Position numbers and translations under genes: made by a program. A DNA stretch of 64,000 bases from the human T2T-CHM13v2.0 reference genome, Homo sapiens. Numbering within the stretch: the stretch's first letter is position 1; every line of letters begins with the position of its first letter. Under the pieces are notes generated by a model. That model was not told where the DNA came from. It did no database searches and was given only the letters and a program-made list of their open reading frames with translations. Shown here one piece after another: positions 1 through 55,539 of the stretch. The stretch is taken from NCBI RefSeq assembly GCF_009914755.1, contig NC_060926.1; one strand, written 5' to 3'.

Positions 1-369
1 GAGTTAAAAAAAAAAAAAAAGCAGCGTAGAATAGGGTTTTCAGCCAAGTCTTGAAGAATGAGAAATTTTACACAGGAAGAAAGGTATTCTAGGAAGAAGG
101 AAGAGCAGGTGCTTGTAGGTTGACATATAGCATACATCAAGGCACGTACTAGGAAGTTCCTGGAGAGGTAGGAGCCTGATCATAAACACACTAGTATGAT
201 TGATATGCAGAGGAGTTAGGACTTTATCTTATCCATTTATTCCTCACAGTAACATTATAGGATAGCTCTTTTATTCCCATATAAGAATCAGGAAACGAAG
301 ACTTAGAAGTATGTAATGTGCCAATGATCCCTGAATTTAGTACCCTATTAGATTAGGGTAAGGGAAGTT

Positions 370-1290
<921 letters not shown>

Positions 1291-2227
1291 ACTAGAGGGA
1301 CCGGGTGGTTTAATTTTTTTATTTTAGAGGGGCAGTGTGGTTTAATTTTTTATTTTATGGGAAGAATAACAGCATGTTTAAGATGTTCACCTGTCCCCTA
1401 CCCTCTTTAACTGCTTTCACTATTTGTTCCTGGCCTTAATTTCTTGATGATAATTTTTCTTGTTGCATGTTTATAAAATAGGAAAAAATCGACTAGAAAG
1501 GGGAAAATTATTGCTGCAGAAGAAGGAGGGAGAATTGTTGCTCTGATGCTTGAGTAGGTAATGAGACGCAGGATGAAATGCAGATGTGGAACAATTGGCC
1601 TTTGCTCCGCACACAGACACTTCACTATGGCAGCCAGAGGGAAGGCACCGGTGCAAGTAAATTAATAGGCCAGGACAGAAATTCAGATCATAACTGAATT
1701 TTTAGAAACAAATACGAAGAAGTCCTGAACTCAGGAGTTCAAGCTAAAGAAGTTAACAGAGATCAATATTGGATAGGTAAAACATATTACACGTTTCGTT
1801 GTGAAAATCAGACCCAGCAGCCAAGAGGAGGAGTGCACTTATGGAGCATAAATGTTGATCTGCATCTGATATCTCTGATACTTGATCCTAATTTGCACAC
1901 TATCACCTAAAGTCCTAGCATACCTGCATTTCCAGGAAATCTAATGAGAAAGAAGTCCTGAAAGCCTCTAATTCCTGGAAACATATGAAACGGCTAGAAA
2001 AAAGTAGACTATTTTGGAGGATTAAAGACAATGGAAACTTTTTACATTGTTTGTCTCACATAATGAATAAAATTCCACTTTAAAAAATGATATTACTGTT
2101 TTTACTGCTTATTTTAATATCAAATTACCAATTTTGTGCTCCCAAATAATCTAGGGCTAAAATAAGCAAGTAATTTGAATTTTTTCCTTTTGAGTTCGTA
2201 TGTAATCCATTTATTTTCTATTTTTAG

Positions 2228-34305
<32,078 letters not shown>

Positions 34306-34691
34306 GTTGATGGAAGGAATATTTTTATTAACCAAATAGAATCTATTTACAAAAATGGTTCACGTATATTACCACAATTCTTTTGTCAAAAAGTGTGTAT
34401 ATATGTTTGCATCTACATATATTTGTACATCTATATGACAGATGTATTTTAAAAGTTTCATCTTGAAGTAAAAGTACAACAGCTTGAAGTGTTGATAGCA
34501 GGCCACAGCCCTCTAACTCATGTGATTTCCCATGCATGCTGCCAGAATAAAACCACCAGGAATGAATTCACTCCACACTTCTCTGGAACCTCAGGACCCG
34601 CCCATTTCTCGGCAGTACTGTGAATTTTGAAGTTAAACTAAATTTTGGTACCATACCAACTGGAATTTAGGCTTTAAAAATAATGTTTCAA

Positions 34692-34850
34692 GGCCAGGTG
34701 TGGTGATTCATGCCTGAAATCCCACTACTTTGGGAGGCTGAGGCTGGAGAATCGTTTGAGGCTAGTGAGCTGTGATTGTACCACTGCACTCCAGCTCGGG
34801 GAACAGAGCGAGACCTTGTCTCTAAAAATAATAGTAATAAAATAAAAATA
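34692..34850 (+). mobile_element. Monomeric or internally deleted Alu in the GCC2 3'UTR
   Basis: ggccaggtgtggtg...ccactgcactccagc...A-rich tail. Confidence 0.8.
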
Positions 34851-36056
34851 ACGTTTTATGACTATTTATTGCAAGGTCAGAGTTACAGATTGTTATAAAT
34901 TGTTGAGAAATTTTTGTGATTAGAATATGAAGGAAAAAGCTTTGTTGGTAAAAGTGACATGTTAAGGGGCTATGAAGTAAATATGCTGCAGTTAATTGTG
35001 CTAAGTTAAAATACAGTTTAGTTATTTGCTTTAAAATAAACTCTTCTTTTTTTCTTTAAAGTATACTATCTCAAAACTCATTATGTTGTCAGAGCCCTAG
35101 AGCTGGCTAGTGTAACACTGACTATGAGTAGGTGGGCCCACCACTTGAGGTGATTTCATGGTGTCTTTCCAGGCTCTTGATAGGGTGTCACTGCATGGCA
35201 TGCAAGCCATGAATCTGTTTTGAGAATCCTCTCCATTTTCCCAAATAAAAACCTATCACAACAGTGACTATATCACTCAGCATTGGATCTAAATATAAAA
35301 GTGGTGCTTTCAGTGTTTTTGGCAGATAGTGTTCCATAAGCTTTCCATCAGAAGGGATTTTAGACACCTTAGAGGTCCGTGCTACATCGTCACAGTTCCT
35401 CCGAATAACCTTAGGTGGTAGTGTTACTTGCCTTTGACACCTGTGCATATGTTTTAATGACTAGATCCAAACTGTGTTGTTCTTAAATCAAAAATTGGAT
35501 AATTTGTAATATTTATGTGTTAATCACACAGTATGCTCTCTGAAGTTCTCTTAAGCCTTCAGTTTATACTCTTAATTTAATTTTCTTTCTGAGCTGGAGA
35601 ACTGGCTTTGCACTTTGGTTACACAGAACATTGGTTTCCAATTCAGTTTAACTGAAATTTGCTGCTGATATGTTGAGTTTGTTCTTTAAAAAATAGCTCA
35701 TATATCTCATCTTTCCTCCTGTCTTAGAAGAACAGACCTAACTAGTGAATGTATTAATGAAAATGCATCTATTTCAGAGCTGACATGAAGAGTTTAGTTT
35801 TTTTACTTTATAAACTGTGAATATGAGTATGCCAGCTGCATACGATGTAACTAATCATATTTAAATATATTTCACTTTCTCTTTGACTTTAGACCTTTTG
35901 AAGTCTGTATAAACTTGTTTTGAAATATAGTCTCTGCTTACGAATGTCATAACAAAATAATTTTTTGCATGATAAAAAATTACTTTGATTACAAAAGGCA
36001 TATTCTTTCATGGTTTCTGCAATGAGAGGAAGTGTAATGATTATTTTAATATTTCT

Positions 36057-36062
36057 ATTAAA
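36057..36062 (+). terminator. GCC2: Probable distal polyadenylation signal ATTAAA
   Basis: ATTAAA with a downstream U/GU-rich element. Confidence 0.6.
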
Positions 36063-36373
36063 TATGTTTAACTGTATATTTTTATGGCTGCTCTTTTATG
36101 TTACACACTGTCTCTTTGGGGTTGTTAATTGGTTTCTGAAAGGGAACTTCAAACTCCTTTACTACTGGCCTTACACGATTGGTCCCTATTAGGTTGTCGA
36201 GAGAACATCGACCAACTCTTTGATACCCACCAGGTAGACCGTAGTACCTGCCATGTCTGACACCCTGCATCCAGCTAAAACTAGAAACAGCGCTGGGCCT
36301 CCCTGTACACAAGACATTGATTTGACCAGAAGCAGATGTCTGGCTAAGGCTGCCAACCAAAGGGTGGCCTTAG

Positions 36374-36650
<277 letters not shown>

Positions 36651-36861
36651 GAGGTAATTAATTTCTTTGGATGTTTGGACTAGGATATGGGGAGAGACAG
36701 AGCAGAAAGAGAAACACAGATGCCACAAGAAGGAGGAACAGAGCTAACCCTGCATAGGACTGGACACAGCAGCCAGACCAAGAGAGGCATCTAGTGAGAA
36801 GCAGCTCTTCAGCCCTGGGCCTGGTGCACACATCACTCCTTGGTTTCTAAGAACCAAATTT

Positions 36862-39132
<2,271 letters not shown>

Positions 39133-39418
39133 TTACCTCATTTTCTTCTGTTCCTTGTTCTGACCTCAGTGCATGACCCATAGCACCAAGGGTTACTGTC
39201 GTTTATGAGTGAACAATTGAGTTAATAAGGAAATAAATTGAATGTTTTCTAACATTTTGACCTTAACTTATTTTTTAAAACTTTGTACCTCCCAGAGCTG
39301 GGAAGAGATTCCAGATTTCCCGACTTAGTCCAGAATGATGACTAATGCTGGACTTCGTCTATAGCTCTTATTGAAATGTCAGAAAACATTTTTTGCCCCA
39401 AAAACTATTAACTGATAA

Positions 39419-40208
<790 letters not shown>

Positions 40209-40990
40209 TTTGGTTTTTTGTTTGGTTTTCAAGCAACCTTTCTAAATTTTGCTATGCTCACTCTTTCTTCACATGTTGGTACTGGCTAGATACAGATTTT
40301 GCTTTCCTATTGGAGACTTTTGAGAGCTGGCTATCCCCTCTTGCTCCTTTTCTTTTTTCTCTTCCCTACTTCCAAGTTTCTTGCTCTTTTTCTTACCCCA
40401 TAAGTTACCAGAAATTCATACGCCCTTGAGAGCGCTTTTTGTTTGAACTTCAGTCTTTGGTTTCATCAACTTTTCTAAGGAAATTGATCTGTTAATGAAA
40501 GTTGGCTTGCTTGACTTCAGAATATCTGTATTATTCAGTGATATGTGTTTTTCTGGTTGCTTTGTTTGAGCATAGTGTAAATATCACCCATTGCATAGCT
40601 TTGGCAGTGACATAAATCTAGCAGCGTAAGATTGAGAAAAGCTAGAAGTCCCACCACAGATTGTATTTCAGTGAAAGGGATTCTTTTTAACTGCTTATAA
40701 AACTAAAGAAAACTTATAAACATGGAAAACAATTATTAAACCCACCATATGCTCATACTGATATTAAATGGTGTGCCGGATTCTAGTAAGAGTTACCTTT
40801 TGGTAAGAGCACTGCTTGTTAACTATAGTTGATTGCTTTAGATGTCTAGTGTGTACACAAAAGCATGAATTTTATTCCTTATAACCAAAGTAGAAACCTA
40901 CTCTGAGCAATTTGACAAAAGGTTTACATTATTTATTTTAGTGTTGTTTAAGATTACAGTAAGATGCAATTCCCAAAGAGTGAAATATAA

Positions 40991-41270
40991 GGCTGGGCGT
41001 GGTGATCACGCCTGTAATCCTAACACTTTGGGAGGCTGAGGCGGGTGGATCACCTGAGGTCAGGAGTTCAAGACCAGCCTGGCCAACATGACGAAACCCC
41101 GTCTCTACTAAAAATACAACAATTAGCCAGACGTGGTGGTGTGCACCTGTAATCCCAGCTACTAGGGAGGCTGAGGCAGGAGAATCACTTGAACCTGGGC
41201 GGGGCAGAGGCTGGAGTGAGCTGAGATCATGCCATTGCACTCCAGCCTGGGCGCACTCTGAAAAAAAAAA
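40991..41270 (+). mobile_element. AluS
   Basis: Full length. Confidence 0.88.
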
Positions 41271-41647
41271 AAGAAAGTGCAATACAACTTTTCACAAAAT
41301 ATGGAACTGTGGTAGTCTAGAACAATGTCTCAATATACCTCCTACACTAAGTATAATAGTAAATATCTGTATTTGGTGGCATAATATGCTCTTAGTGTAA
41401 ACCAAAAACACATGCTGAGCATTGGACATTGTCCAATGTTTAATTCATATGATTCATTCTGAGTTTCTGACTGAGATCATTCTTTCAGACTATGTCTATT
41501 TGTCCTGGGACCCATAAAATATGCAGCCCTAACATGATTTCATTTTTGTTTCCTTTCCTGGAAAAGGAGAAATCATTCAGATCAGCTTTCATATTGCCTT
41601 ATAGACAATGACTTCAAAATAGTTTGAAAGGGACTCCTTTGTTCTAG

Positions 41648-42280
<633 letters not shown>

Positions 42281-42619
42281 TTTCTAAAGAGTCACTGCTA
42301 AGCCCTGAAATTAACTCCAAATACCTCCCTGGAATACAGTGCCAAGGCAGGGGCTTCCTTGAACTTCAACCTCTAAAACTAAGCAAGAATTGAGAAATAT
42401 CTTCTGATTTGAAAAATATTCACTCCCCAATCCTAATACATCAATTACATATTATTTGGGGGCTAACTAAGCTCCTATTTTAAAATGTAAATTGAAGAAA
42501 TTAGGCCAGAGTCACTCCCATCTTAGTGCCAGTCATATAATCAGATAATTAGATTGCTCTTTCCCTAAAGCCTGTTTAGTTTTCTTGTTTGCTGGTTTTG
42601 TTGTTGTTGGGTTTTTTAA

Positions 42620-43112
<493 letters not shown>

Positions 43113-43749
43113 GCTAAGGCCTTTTGCCAAGACAAATTAGCTCTTAGAGAACCACAGGATTCCTTTTGTAATGTATTACAAACTAAAGTCTTACCTACTC
43201 TTGAAGAGTAGAAAACATGAAAAAGTTCTATGTTAGCCCTTAGAATAATTAAAAATTCATAAGCTCTGAAATAAATACAGGTAATAAAATCATTGCATAT
43301 GACAAAACAAAGTTTAAATTGGCGTTTGTAAACTCTGCATGAAAGCCAGGTTTCTCACTACTAGAAAAAGAAAAAAAGTTATAAATAAGCCAAGGAGAAT
43401 TCCAGAATGAATCCTGTGGTGCCAAATATATGTTAACTACAAGGAATAACAGTGACCTTACACTGGAAACACCGTAACCATGGGCCAAGGTTAAAGATAT
43501 AACAGCTTTCTCACACCCCTTGCACAGCTACCCCCAATGTTAACATAACTGTTAACAAATTATCAAAACTAAGAAATTAGTCTTGGTATAGTATCACTAA
43601 CTAAACTCCAGACCTCAGTCAGGTTTTCCCAGTCTTTACTTCAGTGTCCTTCCTCTGTTTCAGGATTCAATCCATGATCCTTGACACTTGGTACTTTGTC
43701 CCGCTGTATGGGTTTGTTTGATGTTTTCCCATGATTAGGGATAGACACT

Positions 43750-47370
<3,621 letters not shown>

Positions 47371-48075
47371 AATTCCATAGTAAAAGGAATCAGGAGGCTT
47401 GAGAGATGCTTATTTCAGGTCTGGGGTAAGGAATGTACAAAGTGAACCAGGACTAATGAAGTTATATTAAAACTCCAAAAGACGAAAAGAGTCATTTAAA
47501 AGACTAATGGAGTCATATGAAAAGGTCCCAGGAGCCAACAGAAAGGACTCCCCTTGGCCAAATCTGGAACATTTTGACAGTTTGAGCATCAATAAGAGTA
47601 ATGAACCATAATTGACTAGAAGACATTTAAAGCATAAAAATTATTGAGTCCATAATCATACTCAATAAAGATGAAAACAAACCATCTTATTCATCACTGA
47701 TGGGGGTGGCTGTTATTCAAGTTCTTATTCTAAAACTTGGTAATTAAAGGTAAATAAAGAATAATGTATTCTTTCTCTGCAGTGGAACTAAGTTTTAGAT
47801 ACAAAATAACCCCAGTGGATGAGGGAAAGTTCTTTAGAGGTAAGAATGACAGTTAATAAATGTAGAAAAAAGAAGATAATTTAATCACCATTTTGCAACT
47901 TCTAATTAAGTAACTGATGTGAGAAAGAATCATTACTGCATGCTAAAACCATTAAGGGAAAGATTTCAAAGATCTCAGTGTTTCAACCCATAGAATACTT
48001 TCCAGTGGCAGGATGATAAATGGATAGTTAACCCTATAATCTTAGAATCTCTAATAGTGGGTACACTAGATACTA

Positions 48076-48447
<372 letters not shown>

Positions 48448-49168
48448 TCAACGGTGAAGAATTGTTGTCCAACATGTTTAATGTAATTGTGTTCAAGCCT
48501 AAAATTCTGCTTTACTGGAAATAAAAGAGAATACAGTTAAAGGACACCATGAGGAAACAATCAGATAAATACAGAAAGTGAGAACATTGACCCAACTTCT
48601 GTAAGTCAACTGGCTAGGTCTCTCCAATAAGTTCAAAGTCAAGAAAAAAAAGGGGGGGGGCCAGGTACTACACTTGATTTTTAAAAAGCTTAGAGACAAA
48701 CAATGAAATGCAACCTATGCTCCTTAATTAGAACCCTATTTAAACAAACCAGCTCTCAAAGACATTTTTTGGGGTCAAAAAGGGAAAGGTGAATATAGTC
48801 TGGTTATTAGACAACATTTAGAAAGCACAGTTACTTGTGTTAGGTGTGAAAATTGTGTGATTATATTGTGAAAGAATTCGTTCTTTAAAAAAGATGCATT
48901 CTAAAGTATTTAGGGGTGAAAAGTTTAAAGTAATTTACTTCAAACTACAGTGAAAAAAATTTAAACACTGCAAAATATTAACTGCTAAATCTAGATAGTG
49001 GCTTTATAATATTCATAGATGAGCATATTTCCTTTAAATTTCTAGGTGCTTAAAATTTTTCATGTTAAGTAATATATGTATTACATTGGGATACATATAA
49101 CTATGATTGACAGAAAATAACACTAAAAGTGCAAGATCACTGATTCTATCTAGGAAGTAGGATTATAG

Positions 49169-49426
<258 letters not shown>

Positions 49427-49489
49427 TGATCTGCCCGCCTCAGCCTCCCAAAGTGCTGGGATTACAGGGTGTGAGTCACTGCACCTGGC

Positions 49490-50350
<861 letters not shown>

Positions 50351-50554
50351 TTATTTAACAGCTGCAGAGTATTCCTGGTAGAAACCGTAATTTACTTAAA
50401 CAATATCCTGGATAAATAAACTTTCTCAGTTCCTAAAAACAAAACTGCAATGACTCCCCTTGTACATTCGTCTGTTTTCAATTTTTTTTTTTTTTTTTTG
50501 AGACGGAGTCTCAGTCTGTCGCCCAGGCTGGAGTGCAGTGGCACGATCTCAGCT

Positions 50555-51016
50555 TAGGGGAGGAGACCACCCCTCATATTGTCTTATGCCCAATTTCTGC
50601 CTCCAAAGAAAAAAAGGTAAAAACTAAAAGGCAGAAATGAAATCCACAAGCAGACAGCCCGGCCCCACACCCTAGGCCTGGTAGTTAAAGATCGACCCCT
50701 GACCTAATCGGTTATGTTATCTATAGATTACAGACACTGTATAGTAAAGCACTGTGAAAATCCCTATCCTGTTTTGTTCCGATCTAATTACCAGTGCATG
50801 CAGCCCCCAGTTACATACCCCCTGCTTGCTCAACTGATCACGACCCTCTCACGCGCACCCCCTTAAGAGTTGTGAGCCCTTAAAAAAGACAAGAATTGCT
50901 CACTCGGGGAGCTTGGCCCTTAAGAAAGGAGTCTTGCCTATGCCCCCGGCTGAATAAGCCCCTTCCTTCTTTAACTCGGTGTCTGAGGAGTTTTGTCTGC
51001 GGCTGGTCCTGCTACA
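50555..51016 (+). mobile_element. 5' LTR (LTR2)
   Basis: TA.GG.AGGAGACCACCCCTCATATTG...CCTGCTACA; direct repeat of 57642-58100. Confidence 0.93.
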
Positions 51017-51021
51017 TTTCT

Positions 51022-51039
51022 CGGTTCCCTGACCGGGAA
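51022..51039 (+). other. Primer-binding site for tRNA-Glu
   Basis: cGGTTCCCTGACCGGGAA is the complement of the tRNA-Glu 3' end, with one mismatch. Confidence 0.88.
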
Positions 51040-51674
51040 GCGAGGTGATTGGCAGATGGTCGAGGCAGCTCCTTAGGCGGCTTAAGCCTGCCCTGTGGAA
51101 CATCCCTGCGGGGGACTCCGACCAGCCCGAGCGGATCCTGAGAGCGCTCCCGGGTAGGCACTTGCCCCGGTGGGATGCCTCACCAGAGCAGTGTGTGGCA
51201 GGCCCCCATGGAGGATCAACGCAGTGGCTGAACACTGGGAAGGAACAGGCACTTGGAGTCTGGACATCTAAAACTTGTTAAGACTAGTCTTTGAAACTTG
51301 CGCACTCCGTTTGAGTGGAAGCGTGGCCTGATCACCCATGGCATGCCTTTATCGGCACTTTGGTTTTGGTTTTGACTTGGTTTGAATTGCTTGACAGGAT
51401 TGGTCTTAGGAACTTGCCTACTCCATTTGAGTGGAAGCATGGCCTGATCACCCACGGTGTGCTCGTACCGGCACTTTGGTTTTTGTTATTGACTTGATTT
51501 GGATTGCTTGATACTTTGGTTTTGGTTTTGACCTGGCTTGGATTTCTGGATACTCTGATTTTAGTTTTGATTTTGGTTTGGTGCAAACTGCAAAAGTGTG
51601 TGTGTGCCCTTTTTACCCGTTCTTTGTTTTATGGTGTGTGTGTGGTGTAAGCGTGGTGTTTTGTCTCGAAGAAG

Positions 51675-51970
51675 CATAGGTCAGGCACCAATAAGCCCAC
51701 CCTACTAGGAACTAAGTTGAAAATTTTCAAAAAAGAATTTAAAAGAGACTATGGAGTACTGTGACACCAGGAAAACTTAAAACTTTGTGTAAGATAGACT
51801 GGCCAGCATTAGAGGTAGGTTGGCCATTAGAAGGAAGCCTGGACAAGTAAGTCCCTTGTTTCAAAGGGATGGCACAAGACAACCTGTAAGCCTGGGAACC
51901 CAGACCAGTTCCCGTACATAGACACTTGGTTACAGCTAGTTTTAGACCCCATGCCCCCAACACACAGTGG
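51675..51970 (+). pseudogene. gag matrix remnant
   Basis: ...TPGKLKTLCKIDWPALEVGWPLEGSLDK..., gammaretroviral MA-like; start codon appears as ATA; frameshifted and truncated. Confidence 0.75.
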
Positions 51971-52004
51971 TTGAAAGAACATCAGCATAAGCAGCTGGCA
52001 AGAC

Positions 52005-52245
52005 CAGCAGAGAGAGATAAAGGAAAGAGACAGAGAGGAAAAGAGGCAAAGAGAAAGAGGAAGAGACAGAGAGGAAGAGACAGACAAAGAGGAAGTCAAG
52101 GAGAGAGAGAGAGAAAGAAAGAGAGAGGCAGAGAGAGAGAGAAAGAAAGAGAGAGGCAGAGAGAGAGAGAAAAAGAGAAAAAGAGACAGAGTCAAAAAGA
52201 AAGTCAAAGAGAGAGAGACAAAGTCAGAGAGAGAAAGAGAGATAT
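52005..52245 (+). repeat. GA-rich low-complexity tract inside the provirus
   Basis: Almost pure purine (AG)n/(AAG) tract. Confidence 0.9.
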
Positions 52246-53499
52246 ACAAGCAGTTAAAAAAAAAAAAGGTGTACCCTATCCCTTTAAAAGCCAAGGTAAA
52301 TTTAAAACCTATAATTGATAATTGAAGGTATTATCTGTAACCCTATAACACTCCAATACCACTTTGTTGTCAGTGTAAACAAGGGCGTATCCCAAAACAC
52401 TGAGGCCTTCCTATCAAAAATCCTTAACCCAGTAACCCGTGGATGGCCCAAATGCATTCAATCTGTAGCGGCAACTGCTTTGCTAACAACAACAACAAAA
52501 AAAAGTAAAAAAAATAACTTTTAGAGGAAAGGTCATTGTGAGCACACCTCACCAGTTCAAAAGTATCCTAAGGAAAAAAAAAGGCAGGGCAGAATTTATA
52601 TAAAAAGAGTATTATATGGTAAATTCTTGTCCTGAAATAAATTAATTGGTTGTTTAAAGAAAGAAATATTTGTAATAAGTCAGAAAGTTAAGGCATGTCG
52701 AAGAATTGTCTGTGAAAGTCATGAAAGAGAAAAATGTTATAAAAAGAATTTATGTAAAAAATGTTGTATAATTTAAAAGTAACTAGTCCTCCTGAATGTA
52801 AAACTATTAAAAAAAAAAACAGTTTATGTGCAAGGTGTATAAGTATACTATACCTTTGGTAAAAGGATTATAAGGGGGCATAAGAATGTACATTCTTACC
52901 TACATTAAAAAGTTTAAAAAAAAACTATTGTTTTGAAAGTTTAAGCAAGTTTTAAAACGTTAATTGTAAAGAAAATTCTGTGTGTAAACATATTAGCTAA
53001 AGTTAAAGAAGTATCATCGAGTTTTTCTGTGAACTGGACATTAAAGTAAAAGCATAATAGGTTTTTCTTAAAGCACCAACCTGCTCTTTAGCAAAAGTTA
53101 TAAAAGGTTAAAAAGAGTCTATAAAATCTTACTTTATGGTCAAACATTAAAAATTAGATAAATATGTCTACAAGCTTTTATTAAAATTACATTTAATATT
53201 AATAACACACTAATATAAAGATAAAATTTAGCTTATCTGGTATAAAAATCATACAAGAAGCATTGTTAAATGTAAAATGGTATTTGGCTTCTTTGGTTTA
53301 AAAACTAATAAAAATAGGTGCTAAAGGAAATTTCTCAGTAAAAAGGCACTAAGGACTATAAAGTCCACTGCCAAAGTCCCCACATTTGAAACAAAATATC
53401 AATTTCTTAAAAATTATATACCTGGTTTATCTTCCACTTTCCTTTCTCTCAAAAACTAAAAGTCTTTTAGCACATGTACCACCCCTAGAATTTCTGGTA

Positions 53500-53739
53500 A
53501 ACCAGCACCACCAGCCTGAAGATCATGTTCTCATCAAAAGGTGGAAAGAAGAAAAACTCAAGCCAGCCTGGGAAGGACCCTACCTTCTGCTGCTAACCAC
53601 CAAGACTGCTATTCGTACAGCAAAAAAAAAAAAAGGATGGACTCATCACACCCGAGTCAAGAAAGTGCCACCCCCTCCAGAGTTGTGGGCCATAGTCCCA
53701 GGGGAAAACCCTACCAAACTAAACCTAAGAAAAATTTAA
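53500..53739 (+). pseudogene. pol integrase C-terminal remnant
   Basis: DHVLIKRWKEEKLKPAWEGPYLLLLTT...GWTHHTRVKK (GPY/F motif). Confidence 0.85.
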
Positions 53740-54925
53740 CTCTTTTTATCTAGTCTATTACTCTTTCTTCTTTCCTCGTTCTATTGCTGACCATCCAGTT
53801 ATTAACAACCAAGTCAATTTCACCTCAAACTATTGCATTTAATGCTTGCCTTGTTATACCCTGTGGGGACTTGCCAAGTCAAAGACAGCTTTCTACTTCA
53901 GAAAAGTACTTCTGTCCCGCCTGACTCTCCTCAGACTGGGCATTAGTAAACTAGGACCATTTAATCCAGGGAGATGTCTATAAAGACCCCAGTGTCAACC
54001 AGGAGTCTTGCCCCCCCATGTAGACCTTTCATGCCATAGTTGGTCCAACGTTCTGTGGACCAGTAAAGAGCAAGGATGGACTGCCCCAACAGGTTTTTGC
54101 AATTTCCTAAAACCATACATTCATTTTACTAGAGGATCATAGAAGTTAAAGACTTAAACTTTAGCAATTAAGACAAGATACCAAGGTGCAAATGCCTGGT
54201 TAAAAGGGATCAAATATTCCATCTGCATGTTAAACAAAAATAATTGTTATGCTTGTGCACATGGCAGGCCAGAGGCCCAGACTGTCTCCTTTCCACTAAA
54301 GTGGTCGTCCAGTCAACCAGGTGTAGGCTGCATGGTAGCCCTTTTCCAGGATTCTACAGCCTGAAGTAATAAGTCGTGCCAAGCTCTCTCTGCTATATCC
54401 CAAAGTCCAGCACCCTGTGGGTCAGCCCTTGAAGGCCATCCAGCCTCCATCTCCCAACACTAAGTTCACTGTGTCTCTCTCACGACAAGTAGGAAACTTA
54501 GCGTTCCTTGGAGACCTGAAAGGATGCAGTGAGCTTAAGAATTTTCAAGAGCTTATCAATCACTCAGCCCTTGTTCACCCCCGAGCGGATGTGTGGTAGT
54601 ATTGTGGTGGACCTTTAGTAGGCACTCTGCCGAATAACTGGAGCGGCACTTGTATTTTAGTCCATTTGACTATCCCTTTCACCCTGGCATTTCATCAACC
54701 AGAAGGAAAAAAAAATAAGACATCATAAAGGGAGAGAAGTCCCTTATAGGTCTTTCGACTCTCAGGTCTATTTAGACGCAATTGGAGTCCTACAAGGAAT
54801 ACCAGATCAATTTAAAGCTTGAAACCAAATAGCTACAGGATTTGAGTCAATATTTTGGTAGGTGACAGTTAATAAAAATGTAGATTAGATAAACTACATC
54901 TATTACAACCAACAGCAACGAGCTT
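53740..54925 (+). pseudogene. First env remnant (HERV-I/IP-like)
   Basis: LDAIGV.QGIPDQFKA.NQIATGFESIFW.VTVNKNVD.INYIYYNQQQR; many stops. Confidence 0.6.
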
Positions 54926-55530
54926 TTCATGAGTTAAAAGAAAAACTCATGTCGGCCCCAGCCCCGGGGCTACCTGACCTGACAAAACCCTTTACACCTT
55001 ATGTGTCAGAAAGAGAAAAAATGGCAGTTAGAGTTTTAACTCAGACTGTGGGGCCCTGGCCAAGGCCAGTGGCCTATCTCTCAAAACAACTATACAGGGT
55101 TTCCAAAGGCTGGCCCCCAGGTCTAAGGGCCCTAGCAGAAATGGCCCTGTTAGCACAAGAAGCAGATAAACTAACCCTTAGGCAAAACCCGAATATAAAG
55201 GCCCCCATGCTGTGGTAACTTTAATGACTACCAAAGGACATCATTAGTTCACAAATGCTAGATTAACCTATGTGAAAATCCCCACATAACCACTGAAGTT
55301 CGCAACACCCTAAACCCCACCACCTTGCTCCCGGTATCAGAGAGCCCAGTGGAACATAACTGTGTAGACGTGTTAGACTCAGTTTATTCTAGCAGGCCCA
55401 ACCTCCGAGACCATCCTTGAACATCAGTAGACTGTGAACGGTACGTGGACAGGAGCAGCTTCACCAACCGCTGCAAAGTGACTCTGAAGAAGACGACAAA
55501 CCCTGCTCCAGTCACACCCGGAAGCTGACT
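54926..55530 (+). pseudogene. pol RT-connection/RNase H remnant
   Basis: MSAPAPGLPDLTKPF...VLTQTVGPWPRPVAYLSKQL...GWP...LRALA. Confidence 0.85.
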
Positions 55531-55539
55531 GGTCCACGC

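Larger units (their letters stand above)
34306..36085 (+). other. GCC2: GCC2 3'UTR (approximate end)
   Basis: AT-rich stretch after the stop; AATAAA at 34546 and 35035; distal ATTAAA at 36057 followed by T/GT-rich sequence. Confidence 0.7.

Noticed and set aside
51022-51039. tRNA-like sequence
   Set aside because: Only the 18-nt retroviral PBS, not a tRNA gene.
51827-52318. ORFs of 155 aa (SLSL) and 130 aa (RERE)
   Set aside because: Translation of the GA-rich low-complexity tract.
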